A stretch of DNA of 64,000 nucleotides from the human T2T-CHM13v2.0 reference genome, Homo sapiens: the NCBI RefSeq assembly GCF_009914755.1, contig NC_060927.1, one strand, 5' to 3'. Under the pieces are notes generated by a model. The model made no database searches, was not told where the DNA came from, and saw only the letters and a list, made by a program, of their open reading frames with translations. How positions within the stretch are numbered: position 1 is the stretch's first letter; each line of letters starts with the position of its first letter. Shown here piece by piece: positions 26,786-41,139 of the stretch. The translations under genes were made by a program, and so were the position numbers.

Positions 26786-28239
26786 TAGAAAGCTTAAAGT
26801 AGATTTTAAAACTGCACTGCAGAAGGCCTCCCTGGGTACCTGTGCCAGATGGAGCTGATGAGTGCTGAAGATTGGCTCATGGAAAAACAGTCATGCAGGC
26901 AAATTTATCTCCAGTGTCTCCAAGCTAACCCCCTCAATTCTAATTCTTTCCTTTTATATTTTGGATCCCCTTTTTGCCTTTTTCTTTTTTATAACCAGTA
27001 CCTTTTTCTCTTACCCCTCTCCCATAGCACAACATGATCTGTGCAACACTCCATCACTCCACAGGGAACAATAGCATCTGTGGTGTCCACAATTTATATT
27101 TTTTGTGCAATTAAAAAATGAGAAGGCCTAAGCCCTTTGGAGAAAACTGAATAGCCTGGGATGCCCGGGGCTTTTTCCAGGTCCTGAAATTAGACCAGAG
27201 ATTACCTTTATTATTTATATCCTCTATCCTGCATAGTGCTGAAAATAATTGAAGAATTGAAACGACGATAGGAAAAAATATGAAAAAGCCACCAGGGGTA
27301 GGTTTTGTGTACCAAATCCATGCCATATTGCTAGAAACAGGTTGCAAATTTGGCTGTAGCAGCCAACAAGATCAGAAAAATACTATGAATTATGTATTCA
27401 GTGTCTATAAGATAGAAACCAATCAGCTGCTCAAGAGTTGTGCAGCCATTCCTGGTGCGGAGGTTAAAGAGAATTTTTCTCTTCAATCCTCAAATTTTCA
27501 GGTAGGAACAGACAGATCCAATCACATGAAACCTCAATGAGTTGACATCCTCTTAAGAAAACCAAGTACTCTAACGTGAGCACCTTGGGTCAGCATAAGC
27601 GTGAACCAAAAAGAGTATCTCAGGCAGTGCCTGGCATCAGGACCACTCTAACATACCCACATGTAGGTAACTGAGGCTCCATATAAATAAAAAGTGCTGT
27701 GTAAGTGACTGCCAGGATATTGCTAGTCTAGTGAGCTAATCTTTTTTCTTTTTTTCAACTATTTCTCTCCTAAAAAGAAAAAAAGAAAAAAAGAAAAAAG
27801 AAAACAAAAACCTTAAGATCCAGACAACTGGGTCAAAAGATGTGTTCTCTTTTACCTAATAGGGAAACTTGCCTTTGCTTTCTTAGCTTAAATCATCTGA
27901 GAACGTTGGGAGTGACAGGGACCTTGGAGATCATCTAGGTTATTCTCCACATGTCACCAAGCCAGAAAGCTCTGGAAATTGGCTGCCTCCATGGGACAGT
28001 CATCGCAGACTTTGCCAAAGCAAAAGTGCTGATGTCACTCATCATACTAGCAGTTGGCTGCTAAGTGATTAAGATAAAAGGGGCCAAGCTAGTGAAAGCT
28101 TGTGGGGGTAAGGAAGGAGGGCACAATGTGACTTACATGCAAGAAGAGTTTGTATAATGGAAAGAGTACTGGGCTTTTATTGACTATGTGACCTTGGGCA
28201 TTAATCTCCTTGGATTTTCCTCACCTACAATAAATAATC

Positions 28240-28620
28240 TAAGCAGTTAACACTTACTGTGTTCTTAGTACTTCATATGAACTGTTCATGTTGAAACTTC
28301 ACAATAATCTATCAGCCAGGGCCTACTATTTTCTCCATTTACAGATGAGAAAACGGAGGCACAACGAGGTTAAGTTACTTGCCCAAGGCCACTCAATCAA
28401 ATTCAGGCAGTCCAACTTCAGAGTCTGAGCTTTGTCAACTGAGAGGGTCAAAGAGATGAATGCTAAAGACCCTTTGCACCTGTGCTATTAATTTTTCCCT
28501 CCTGTTAAATTGGGATAATAATAAAGTTGTTGCCAAGATTATGAGATAATGCAGGTTAAGTCCTTAGCGCAGTGCCTGAAGCATAAGTGCTCAGTAAATG
28601 TCAGCTATTACTATTGTTCA
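28240..28620. mobile_element. Two MIR fragments in opposite orientation
   Basis: 'catttacagatgagaaaacggaggcac..gttaagttacttgcccaaggccac' and 'cttagcgcagtgcctgaagcataagtgctcagtaaatgtcagctatta'. Confidence 0.75.
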
Positions 28621-28799
28621 TACTTGTACTCTTGCCATTAACATTTTATGGAACAAATCACTTCTGTCATCTCAACAGCTGCCTGAGTGCACAGTTATTC
28701 CAACTAAACTGATTAATAAATTCAAACAACGAGTCAATTTAATCATAAAATCAAGCAAGCCTGAATTGATGCTGGAGTGAATTGCCTAGTTAGTCTTAA

Positions 28800-29041
28800 G
28801 TGGTGCTGTCTGATAGAACTTTCTGTGATAATGAAAATGCTCTATATGTGTGCTGTCCGATACAGTAGCCAGTAGCTGCACGCGCCTCCTGAGCACTTGA
28901 AATGTGACTTCAATGTGACTTGAAAGTGACTCAGCACTTTCAGTGCCTGAGGCACTGAAAATTTAACATATTTAATTTTACTTAATTTACATTTTTATTT
29001 TAGTCACCTCATGTGGCTAGTGGCTGCCATGTTGGTCAGTT
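28800..29041. mobile_element. MER3 (hAT-Charlie) with internal insertion
   Basis: 'gctgtctgatagaactttctgtgataatgaaaatg' and 'catgtggctagtggctgccatgttgg'. Confidence 0.85.
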
Positions 29042-29326
29042 CAGGCAAAGCCTAGATGGCAGCCAGAAACCCTTGGTGAGGGGATGCCAAGGTGTCAGGC
29101 ACAAGAAGGAAATCCAGGAACTCTCTGGCCACAACTGTTTTGTTAACAGATGTCTTAAAGAATCACAAATATTCTAATGCTGGGGGTTCCCTCCCCCTGG
29201 TATGTGGGAATGTATATTTTGGGGGAGAGGGCAGGAAAGAAGACAATTCCACTTTCCTCACCAGGATGCCCCCAGTGAATTCTCAGTAGATTTTAATTCC
29301 TTATTGTTGTTAAAAATCATTTTGGG

Positions 29327-29510
29327 CATTTGGTTTTCTCTTCTTGTGTTACTTTGCTGAGAATGATGGTTTCCAGTTTCATCCATGTCCCTGCAAAGGA
29401 CATAAACTCATCCTTTTTTATGGGTGCATAGTATTCCATGTATACCTATGTAACAAACCTGCACGTTGTGCACATGTACCCCAGAACTTAAAGTATGATA
29501 ATAAAAAAAA
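29327..29510. mobile_element. Short 5'-inverted L1PA (PA7/8-like) insertion
   Basis: Antisense 3'UTR piece 29327-29440, then sense 3' terminus and poly-A. 15-bp TSD aaaaat(c/g)attttggg at 29312-29326 and 29507-29521. Confidence 0.92.
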
Positions 29511-30694
29511 ATGATTTTGGGGAGAAGATAGTTTATACCTATGCAATGTGACAGCACCATGACATCACATCTTTCAAATGCTCGATTTTAGTATGTGCAG
29601 AAACTAAAATGTGATTTTAAGTCACATTGTAGCTTGAGTGTTTAATTAAGAAAAAGGTTACCAAAATGGATGATTAAAGAATCTTGGATTTGGAGTTTAT
29701 TTCATAAATGTGTCCATTACAAATTGTCATCTTAAGGAGCCACCCATATATCCTCAGAACACAGGTATGACATTGTGCCTTGCCTTTTGGAATGACTGAC
29801 TTTGGATCAAGAGAGAAGGGGCAGCCAGAAAGGTGGTAGCAATGTTGATTCTAGCTCTCACTCTGGTCCTCCAAGGATCCTGGTTTTTTTTTTTGTTTTT
29901 TGTTTTTTAAAAAAAAAAAGAAAGAAAGAAAAAATTTCCTGATGATAGGAGGACATCAGTGAGCACCTTGGGTTCTAAGCATGTGACTACTGTCCTAGTA
30001 CAAATTATTAGGCCCGGTATCATATTCTGGTTCTAAATATTTTCAGCAATGAAGGAAGACCCCCCCTCCTCTGCCAACTGCCCCTGCACCACCAGCATTG
30101 GTTGGGTGAATAATTCAATGGCTGCCAAAATTTGCAGAAAACAAAACTGAAACCTAATGAGGCTTGCTTGTGTTAAACCAATGTTTAAATGATAGTAATT
30201 AAGAGAGTTTTCATATAGAAAAGGCTTTGTTTAGATTGAAACGTTAAAAGCCACCACCAGAAACACGAGGGTCTCATGCATAAAGGATTCTCTTTTTGCT
30301 GTCTCAAGATCACACCAGCCAGTGTTGATTGGTGAATGCTAGCACAGTGCCCTGCCCTGGCGTTTGCTCTATGCCACCACTGCCCTGTGGAGTTCACCAC
30401 AAAGAGTGCCTTGCACCAGGGCTATAGCCTCTCAGGCTGTCTGCAGACAGACACCAGGCCATCTGCCCTCTCGCCTTCCACCCAAACACAGCTGCTGGGC
30501 TCCATCCCAGCTTCAGCCATCTGGAGGAGGAACAAAGGCTCCCCTCTCCTCACCCTCCTCCTGGCTGCTGAAGGGGACTGGGGAATCTTGGCATATTCAG
30601 CCTCAGTGAAGAAAGGAAAATGGAAGAAGCAGCAAGATCTAGCTACTAGTGGCAGGCAGTTCTTCCTCTCTGGTTGACAGAGTCCCTGACACCC

Positions 30695-31250
30695 TTCATT
30701 CATTCCCCAAACATGGGTTGAGTGTCAAGTCCTGGACCAGGCTCAGGGGACTTGAGAATGAGACACAGCCCTTGGCCTCCAGAGGCTCACACTCTGGTCA
30801 GGGCAATGAATGTGTGCACAGCCAAGTCTACTGGAAAGGGATGCTCAACCCAGATGGAGGGAGTCAGAGCAGTTGTCCCACAGGAGGTGATATCAGGCCT
30901 AACATCTGAAAACAAGTCTGCACTATGTGCCAGAAAATCAAATGGGGAAAGGCTGGCCCATGTGGTGAGGTGAGAAGTAGGAACAGGAGGTGATGAAGAG
31001 AGCCAGATTCTAGAGGACATTGATGCCCAGCAGAAAACAAGTGGTAGGTAGTGCAAGGCTATGAGCGCAGGAGGCAGATCAGTGATTCCAGAACATTCTT
31101 CAGGTGATACAGAAGAGAAGGGCTTTGAGGCAATAAGATCAATTAAGAGTGTCACAGTAATCCAGAGGAGAAACACTGGTAGCTGAAAAAAGCTATGGTA
31201 CAGACAAAGAGATGAATTTGAAAGAGAAATCTTTACTAAAACTCTTAGCT
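30695..31250 (-). mobile_element. L2 fragments
   Basis: 'ttcattcattcc..tgagtgtcaagtcctggaccaggc..gagacacagcccttggcctccagaggctcac' and 'cagtaatccagaggag'. Confidence 0.65.
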
Positions 31251-31794
31251 GTAAACTCTCCAGGCCAATTTGCAAGTAATTTTGACGCTCTCAGTAAGCC
31301 CTGCAAAGGACAAGCTCAAAACTACTCTTCAGTATGTCTGGACCCTCTTCTCAAACAGGAAAAAGTTTGACTGTAGGAATAGCTGTTGTCTGAATGGCCC
31401 CAAGAGCCACTGGGCAGCTACAGATGGGGTAACATGGCACTTAAGGCTACTCTCAAAAAGGATATGTGCAAGAGGTATCTGATTCTCTGAAATGGCCCAA
31501 ATCCCAACTTACAGCATTTGCCTATGATACTCATTCCACTTGGGTCCTCAAAGCCATCAGGAGAGACTTCCTTCCAAAGACAGGTTGTTCAGCTCGTTGC
31601 AGTCAGCTCTTTGCTTTTGGCCTGACTAGGAGAAATGCCAGGGCAGTGAAGAGCAGCCTCAAGGGTCAAGAAGAATGTCAGCCACGACATCTTCCCTCCT
31701 CTCCTCTCCACAGGGGCAGATGCTGCCCACAGGCTCTGCATGCCAGAGGCCACTGGACTGCTAGTTTCTTTCTTCAATCAAAGGGAAAGAAGGC

Positions 31795-32199
31795 TGCTGT
31801 TGTTTGAATGTCTCTGTCTCCTCCAAAATTCATATAGAAACTTAATCCCCCAAAGCCATAGTATTAAGAGGTGGAGCATTTAGGAAGAGATTAGGTCATG
31901 AGGACTCTTCAGTTGTTAATGGAATTAAGGTCTTTATGAAAGGAAGCTTCACACAGTGTTCAGCCCTTTTTGCCTTTCCATCCCTTCTGCCCTGTGAGGA
32001 CACAGTGTTCATTCCCTCCAGAGGATGTGGCATCAAGACACCATCTTAGAAGCAGAGACCAGACTCTCTGCAGACGTGGAACCTGCTGGCACTTGATTCT
32101 GGACTTCCAGCCTTCAAAACCATGGGAAATAAATATCTGCTGTTTATGAATTATCCAGTCTTGGGTATTTTGTTATAGCAGCAGGAACAAACTAAGGCA
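31795..32199 (+). mobile_element. MSTD-like MaLR solo LTR
   Basis: 'tgctgttgtttgaatgt..ctccaaaattcatatagaaacttaatcccc' through 'tttgttatagcagcaggaacaaactaaggca'. Confidence 0.88.
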
Positions 32200-33825
32200 A
32201 ACACAAAGGCCCCTTTTCTGTTCCAAAGCCCTTCATTCCTGGCCTTCTTACAGTGCCTGGAGCATGTATTTTCAAGAGCCCTCATGAAGAATCAGGAGCC
32301 AAAAAGCAGGGATGGAAACTGGCTCCTCTTGCAAAGGCAGGACCAAATGTTAGTGACAGTCTGATTTAAGATAGAAGAGGAAATGAAAGATGCCCCAGAT
32401 CCATCCCCTAGATCCATGTCATGGACTCTACACTGGCTATTGGAGATAGGCTCTGGGGACTCACTTGAAATCTGAGTTTCTAATTATAAAAAAATGCTTT
32501 CAAAGCATTTTTCTATTTTCCTCTTTGCAGATTTGGCCATTTTTGAAACAGGAGATGTGAAGAACTATAGTAGGTTGTAGATCTGGCAGCTAGATTAAAA
32601 CATTCTTTAAGTCACTGAAAACACAAACCATTTTATTCTTTATTTTTTGGTGATTAATCAATTTCCATTCTGATGGATTACTTTTTACTTTAGCCACATA
32701 AAATTTTAAAACTACAACTGCTAAAAATAACCATGGGTAGATTTTCTTTTCCTTTTATTTAGCTTCTCAGGCCCTTGCATCATTGCTGCTTCTTCTAAGG
32801 AGGGTTTTTGTGTTTGGTAGATTTTTAAAATAAATGCTTTTCTGTTGCTTTAATTCTTGTGTTTTAAAATAGCTTTTGTTTTTAATGTTACCCTAAACTA
32901 GGCACTATACAAACAATACAGATAAGCTTGTTAATTAAGCTGATTCATAATTCCTTACATAAGGAAAACACATTGGCAGTTTAGAAGACATGATAAATTA
33001 ATAGTATAACCTTCAAAATGATTTCTGAAGGGTCCAAGGATTACCACTTAGTGCATTCTTTAAGAAAAACATATTTCTATATTCAAGGGAGCAAAAGAGA
33101 GTATTTTTTGAATGTTAAATCTGTTCCTAAAATTCATGCTGCTTTTCATCCTCAATACATTGGTTTCAAGGACACTGAGCTTTGTAAAGTCCCTTCACTT
33201 TACTGGGCCTCAGTGTTCTCATCTGTGAGAGGAAGCAGGAGAAGAAAATGACATATAAGATCTTAGAAGTTTTAATGTTCTATAGTTTCCTCATCTAAAA
33301 TGCTGTTTCATTCTGTGTAATATAATCCACACTCCTTGTTCCTATTTCGGTTCCTATGTGCCAAATGCCTGCACTCCTCAACATCCTTCCAAGCCCCTTG
33401 CTGTGGGGCTCTCTGTTACTGTGGTCCTTGAATCACACCCTTTCAGTCAGAAAGCTCTCAGCATAGTTTGCTGTCTAAGAACTCACATACTTTGGTTGGA
33501 TGGACCAGCAGGACAAGTCACATGACTTCCCTTCACTTGTCTAGAAATTGCTCAGTCTAAAGATTTCTCAGCATTTCTTTCACTTCATTTATTCCAGATC
33601 CTTCAAATCCCACTTTGTTCTCATGTTCAGAATTTCAGCAGATGGTCTTCTCAAAGGAAAAATATGTTGTGATGTTCAACTCCCCTCCCTTATCCCTCAC
33701 TTACCTATCCTTGAAATATTTTCCACATCCTACCCTCTTCTAAGCTTTTACATATATTTTCTCTTTTGAAGTACATTGACCCAATTTCTTATTCTTTCCT
33801 GCTTGAAATATAAATTCATCATTTC

Positions 33826-34972
33826 CTGGATTAAGGACTTAAACCTAAGACCTGAAGCTATAAAAATTCTAGAAGATAACATTGGAAAAACCCTTCTAGA
33901 CATGGGCTTAAGCAAGGATTTCATGACCAAGATCCCAAAAGCAAGAACCCAAGAACAAAGATAAATAGCTGGGACCTAATTAAAGTAAAGAGCTTTTGCA
34001 CGGCAAAAGGAATAGTCAGCAGAGTAAATAGACAACCCACAGTGGGAGAAGATCTTCACAATCTATACATCTGACAAAGGACTAATATCCAGAATCTACA
34101 ACAAACTCAACCAAATCAGTAAGGAAAAAAAAAAAAACAAACAATCCCTTAGCCCTTAGTGGGCTAAGGACATGAATAGACAATTCTCAAAAGAAGATAT
34201 ACAAATGGCCAACAAACAAATGAAAAAATGCTCAGCATCACTAATGATCAGGGAAATGCAAATCAAAACCATAATGCAATATCGCCTTACTCCTGCAAGA
34301 ATGGCCATAATCAAAAAATCAAAAAACAGTAGATGTTGGCGTGGATGTGGTGAACAGGGAACACTTCTACACTGCTGGTGGGAATTTAAACTAGTATAGC
34401 CACTATGGAAAACAGCGGAGATTCCTTAAAGAACTAAAAGCAGAACTACCATTTGATCCCACAATCCTGCTATTGGTTATCTACCTAGAGGAAAAGAAGT
34501 CATTATTCGAAAAAGATACTTGGACACGCATGTTTATAGCAGCACAATTCACAATTGCAAAATCGTGGAACCAACCCAAATGCCCATCAATCAATAAGAA
34601 ACTGTGATATATATATATATGATGGAATACTATGTAGCCATAAAGAGGAATGAATTAACAGCATTTGCATTGACTTGGATGAGATTGGAGACTATTATTC
34701 TAAGTGATGTAACTCAGGAATGGAAAACCAAACATCGTATGTTCTCACTGATATGTGGGAGCTAAGCTATTAGGATGCAAAGGCATAAGAATTATACAAC
34801 GGACCTTGGGGACTTGAGGGGAAGAGTGGGAGGGGGGCGAGGGATAAAAGACTACAAATATGGTGCAGTGTATACATGGGTTATGGATGCACCAAAATCT
34901 CACAAATCACCACTAAAGAACTTACTCATGTAACCAAACACCACCTGTACCCCAGTAATTTACGGGAAAAAA
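33826..34972 (+). mobile_element. L1PB1-like 3' portion
   Basis: ORF2 C-terminal remnants ([21 protein letters not shown]; [15 protein letters not shown]) and L1PB 3'UTR 'gatgcaccaaaatctcacaaatcaccactaaagaacttactcatgtaacc'. Confidence 0.93.
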
Positions 34973-37489
34973 ACATACAGTTAGTGTTCCAGAAGTTATA
35001 AGTTCTAATGTTGGATAGCAGAATAGGGCAAAATAAATAACAAATTAATTCATCATTCCCAAGACAAACTCCGCAGGCAACACCATTCTGTACCTTGACA
35101 AATGCTGAGGTTTTAATCACAATAGTCTTCATTTTCCATTAAAAAAATAACAAAAAATGTTTTAGGAATTCCAAAATGTAGTTTCCTAGGACCAAAACAT
35201 AGAAGCCCAAAATCAGGGTATTTTCAAGGAAGAGGAGTCCTTTGAGATGATTCAATGAAGTATCTCCATCTTACAGATGAGAAACTGACAGTCCAGAACT
35301 GTGAGGCTCAAATTCATGTCCCAAGTCATGGCAGAGTCAAAACCGGAAGCAGAGATAGCTGCCTGCCAGATGACAGTCATCTCTACCTCAGTTTCTTCTA
35401 CTGTCAAGTGAAGAACTATAATGTGCAAAATGTAAGGCAACTGTAAAGTGAAGTACCCAGCTCACAAGAGTTTTGTGAAAAAAAAATGAGCTAATATGTG
35501 TAAGTTCTTACAACAGTGCTCAGCACAGAGTTAATGTTCCATAAATGTTCATTCCGCTTAGCAAATGTATTGAAACTCTATAGTATAGGAAAAGGATGTC
35601 CTATATTCTCATTGTGTGGATTTTGTCAAAACCATTGTATTTCTTTATTCTCTGACATTCCTGTTAGAAACCTGGAGGATAGGATTTGATCCAAAATAAC
35701 TGTGATATTGGTAAATAAGTTCTCCAACATAAAATATAATGATAATAACTTAGAAATAAAAATAAAAGTGTCCCGGCATTAAAATGTGTTTGATAAGGCA
35801 GATGGCATTACCAAGGCCATAGGAAAATCTTTCATAATATGCTCTTTTTCTTCTTTGCCATATTTATCAACTTTCAGTTTTATAATTTTACTCCAAAAAT
35901 ACATACCAAGTTTTAAAATATTTCCCTCTAGTTTCATTCCTCAGTATTTTTCTGTTTCTTCTTTCCCATCATTATCCTCAGTTGAAAAACAGATTCAGGG
36001 CCTTCTAGAGTTAGAATATGGACACATATTTGAAAGCACTAGCTTGTCTTTTCTATAACCCAACAACGCTATTTGTTCATCAAATATGTAACTCTCTTTT
36101 TAGTTATATGATTTGTTCCCTTATCCCTCTGATATTTTCATTCTTAAGAGGAGTAGACGGGATAGTGGTGAGAAATCTTCAAGGAAGAATGGCTTAAAAT
36201 GAGAAGACTTTAAAACGTCTGTGTGTCAATACACCTACGATGTAATGTTCATGGGAAATAAACAACAAGGGCAGAGAGAGGTGAAAATACCTAAGTAATC
36301 AGCAAAGTGGTTAAAAATGTGGTATACATTTAGAATTCCCTTTCAAATTTGTGAGAATATTTTTAAAATGTGCAGCTATTTTACATGTGCATAATGGATA
36401 CAGATGCCCTTAAGAACAACAGAATTTTGGATAAGTTTGGGTCTTATTGAAGTAATGCGCTGTACACGTATGTTTATTTTCCAGTTGATCATATTAACCT
36501 GGGCATTTCTTCTGAACTTAGGAAAATGGAGAAAGCATTATGAATGTTATTCTTCCTTTGCTAAGAGGAGGTGTATGGAAGAGGGTAGGACAGTGTTTGA
36601 GAAAGGAAGTTTAACAGCATAGACAGACTGGATCAGCAGACTCCTTGCCAGTAAGGAAGAGCTGTGGGAGTTGGATGTCCACTGTGGCCAAAGCTTTGGG
36701 CCCTGACCTTTCACACCATGATCTTGTTCAGCCCTCACAGCAACCCTGCAAGGTAGTACCATGATTCACATTTCCAGATGAGGACACTGAGGGTGAGAGA
36801 ACTTAAGCAAGCTATCCGAGATCATTCAGCTAGTCAAAGATACTCAGTGAAACGGGAAAGGTATAAAGAAAAAGGAAGAAGTATTGCCCAGGGTTAGCTG
36901 GTGGGGTGTGGGGGCAATTGTCCTTGACTCATAGTCAAGCTTGTTTGGGGTGAGGCAAGGGGCAGCTAAGGAACCAGGAGAGAGGCTGGTAGCTGAGATG
37001 GCACAAAGGAGTGATGGCTTTCCTACTGTTGCCTTAGCTCATAGAGGACAGGCAATTTCAAAAGCATGAAGGAGGTAGAGGTGGGGAAAACATAAAAATA
37101 TATAGCATTTTTTATGATGTCTGATAGAGTACTCTGGCTATAACGAGGGTGACCATCCAGTGGTTTTCTGGGGGTCACTATCAGTAGATGAGCTAGAAGA
37201 CTACAGGGATCCTTACAGTTCTCTTCTTGTGATCTTTGCTTTCTCAATGAGTCACTCATTCACTGCTAGGATGTGAGTTTGCTATTAATCTTGTACAAGC
37301 TGAGCTAAGCAACATGAATCATTCATTTAGACCAGATGAGCACCATCTTGCTAGAGAGGCAAAAGCCTGGCAGTGCATGATGGAGAAAAATAAGAGCTAT
37401 AGTCCCACCCCCAAAATGGGAAGTTTCTTAGGAAGTAGGGAGACAGAGAATGCATGCAGACACATAGTCATCCAAACACATGAACACGT

Positions 37490-37539
37490 ATACACCCACA
37501 GACACACCCACAGACACACACACACACACACACACACAC
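37490..37539. repeat. (CA)n microsatellite
   Basis: Seen directly in sequence. Confidence 0.9.
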
Positions 37540-37604
37540 GTACTTCTAGCACGAACATTTTAGCAGGAGCTAGGAGACACAATTTTTATTTTGGTTCTTA
37601 TTCC

Positions 37605-38033
37605 AGGTTGGGTTCCTTGGGAAGCACTCTCTAAGATAAAAGTTAGTGTGTAAGAAGTTTATTGAGTAGTGCTCTTGCGATCAACACTGGGTGGGGGTTA
37701 GGGAGGAAAGCACAGGGAGAAGTCAAGCCACAAAGCAGGCCCACTGACTGCCTGATAGCCTCAGCCAACCCCACAGGGAGCTTGGGAGACAAAAAGGCCA
37801 ATAAAGGTGTCCCTCATTAAGTCAAAATGTTGGGCCTTTATACTCTCAATCAGTTGTTGTATATGGGCTGCCCCAGGAAGCGCCTGATCCTGGGTGAGGC
37901 TACTCTCTGCAGCTGAGGCAAACCCTAACGAGGCTGACAGTTGAAAGTTGTCTGCCAACTGCCCTCCCAGTGGCAGAGCAATGATCTTTCTGCTTTAAGA
38001 GAGATCTGAGGGGCCTATCACTGAGGCCACCAT
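37605..38033 (-). mobile_element. LTR40-like (ERVL) solo LTR
   Basis: 'ctctctgcagctgaggcaaaccct..ggctgacagttgaaagttgtctgcc'; AATAAA on the reverse strand near 37658. Confidence 0.7.
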
Positions 38034-40246
38034 GGATAGAATCCTACCTAACAAGTATGTACTTGTCTCTCTGAGTTTCAACTTTATCCCCTACAAAAGG
38101 CCTGGTTGGATTGGATAATCTCTAGGATTTCATTTACCTCTAAAACTCTAAATTTTAGAAATCAAACTAAGTTTTTATAGCCTGACTTCTACTTTGTCTT
38201 TAGCAAATGTAGAAAATAATCCCATATTTCATATATATATATATATAATTAAAATGGTATATACATGCATACATATAGCTGGAAAATCTTGTTCCTTTAG
38301 TCACACCAGGAGTTTGGCCAGAAAGCAAAAGCAAGAGGAAAAAAAAGTGGGAATGATTAGATAAGAATTCCATTCTTGGGGATCTCTAAAGAGCTACGAA
38401 GGTGGTCAATGTGTGTCTCTAGACTATAGAATATAAAAATAAGGTTGTTGTCTTAAGCTTTTAGATGTTCCACACTCTTCACCTAATAGTGATAATTCTC
38501 TCTCTCTCTGTCTCAAATTATGGTGATTTGGTCCAACTGTAGGAACATTAAGGGAAAAAAAGGTCCCCTTCTCATTTCTTCCTTTACCAGCCAGCCCACA
38601 GGATCTTCCACCTCCTCCCCAGCTAGATTTTTCAAGGCTCATGTGGGCATCTGCAGCGTGGAAACCAGATGGCAGTTTTCTTGAATCTGCTTGTTCTACT
38701 TTAAAAGCTTCTTTACAAAAAGCTCCCCAGAAGAGTATGTTGCAGGTAGGATCAGCATGAGAAAACAGCAGAATCAGGTCATCTGAGAATGAGGGATTCC
38801 CAAATACTAAGTAGATATGAAGGATAGCTAAGAGGCAAAACTCAGTGTGGGGACTTGAAAGAGTCTCTCACTGGGTAAAACAAGCAATATGGTGAAAAGT
38901 ATCCCGGAAATAGATCTCAGGTTTTTATCTGAGTTGTAGAAATGGTCACCTGTTTGCAGATAAGAACTGATTGGTAGGGGAACATTTTGATGTCTAGCAG
39001 AGCTATTTGCTAAAGACTTTGGGAACATATCTTTGTTTCATGGTGAGAATCTCAGGATAAACCAATTCAGTTACTGGTTTTTGGTTGCTGAGAGAAGAAG
39101 GCTAGGGCAGGAAGGATACTGGAGGGAAAAAGAGATATTATAGGATTCTGGGGTGAGGAAAGACAAAGTGGTCCATTGGTTTTCAAATGCCAGTCTGCAG
39201 GCTGGAAACAAGCTGGCTGCTTCAGAATCTCTTGGGGTGGTAGTTAAAAATAAAGATTTCTAAAACCCAACCTCAGAAATCTTGATATAGCCACAAATTC
39301 TCCTACTTGATTCTGATACCCAGTTAGGTTTAGTAACTACAGGAGTAGTTAGAATGTAAAACTTAGAAAATTGGAATTCATCCATTATTCAAATATATGG
39401 TTATTAAGCATATTCTATGGAAAAGTGGCTCAGTTAAGTTCTGTGGGATTTATAAATATGTATAAGAAGACTGCCTCAAATCACTTTGAACATGAACAGA
39501 GAACTAGATAGGTAGGCAGATAGGCGGCAGACAGACAGAGATGTTCTCAAACACCAGTTTAGTTCAGTGGAATGGAGAGAAAAGAATGCAACTATGATGC
39601 CTGAGGAAAATAAGCAGATGTTTTAAACCCAGTAAGGAAAGGAGAGAGAGACAGCTTGGCAGATTTCCCAGCAATAGTTCTCAGTTCAGATGTCCAAAGG
39701 TTAGAGAAGACAAACATTAAATCAACCTTCTAAGTTTGTAGAAAAAATTCAATTAAAGCATGTAGTAGTACTTACCATAGTGTGTGGTAATGTCAATAAA
39801 TGGTAGACATTGATCACTGTAGGAGATTTAAGAGGCTATGGCTAGTACCTTTTTCAAAAATATTTTTATCTCCCTCCCTATCACGGTGCCTATAATTCCA
39901 TATCATGAATGATTTTTGAAGTCTTTTCCAATTTCAAGTATTTTATTAAAGAAACAATTTTGAAAGGCTCATACCTTAAGCTTTTAGTGGTTAATCTAGA
40001 AAAACAGGGGACAGTGGCCAGATGAGAGAGCAGAAGTCAGAAAGGAGATAAGATGGTGTCAGAGGCTAACTTTCTTATATCCGATACCATTCTGTGAAGC
40101 CGCCCTCGTAAAAGTGGGGCAGCAGGCCACGGCTGGTTGTATGGCCCATGTGACCATTCAGACCCCTGTCCCTTCCACCTAGCGGTTTCTTCCTCACAGT
40201 GGCTGGAAGATGGGGAAAGTGACTAAGGAGACGGTACATCCGCTTC

Positions 40247-40715
<469 letters not shown>

Positions 40716-41139
40716 TAAGAATCAGTCACATCGCCCAACTAGCCATAAGTGGGTATATGGATAGGGTAGGCTGGGAAATGTAGCCCCTGGCTGAGCAGGG
40801 GGAATCAGGATTCTTTTGAGCCCTGAGGACTCCTGAGACTGCGACAGTGCATTCATGAAGAGGCGTCAGAAACAGAGAGACAGAGTCTTGGCCAAGGACA
40901 GAAAGACTAGAGTCAAGAAACAGGTCAATGTATAGATGCGCCCCCCTACAAATAAATGAACTTTTTCAGGGATAGGAAAGGTGTTAAGTGGGGTGCAAGT
41001 CTGAGAGAAAGGAAAACATTTGGGCGGCTTATACGGGATGGAGAGAGGCCTCATGCTTAAAACAATAAAAAATGATGCTAGAAAAAGGTAAGAAGTCCGA
41101 CGACGTGAGACTAATCTCCAGATGAAAATTTGCTTTCAG

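Noticed and set aside
29884-29933. T-tract followed by A-tract fold-back resembling a terminator
   Set aside because: Low-complexity sequence; intrinsic terminators are not relevant to this eukaryotic context.
30185-31807. Cluster of 70-160 aa ORFs
   Set aside because: Slightly GC-richer DNA partly overlapping L2; overlapping frames on both strands with no recognisable domain or exon structure.
38655-38680. CTCF-like motif aaaccagatggcag (also partial matches near 40938 and 41905)
   Set aside because: Mismatches at key core positions; only half-motifs.
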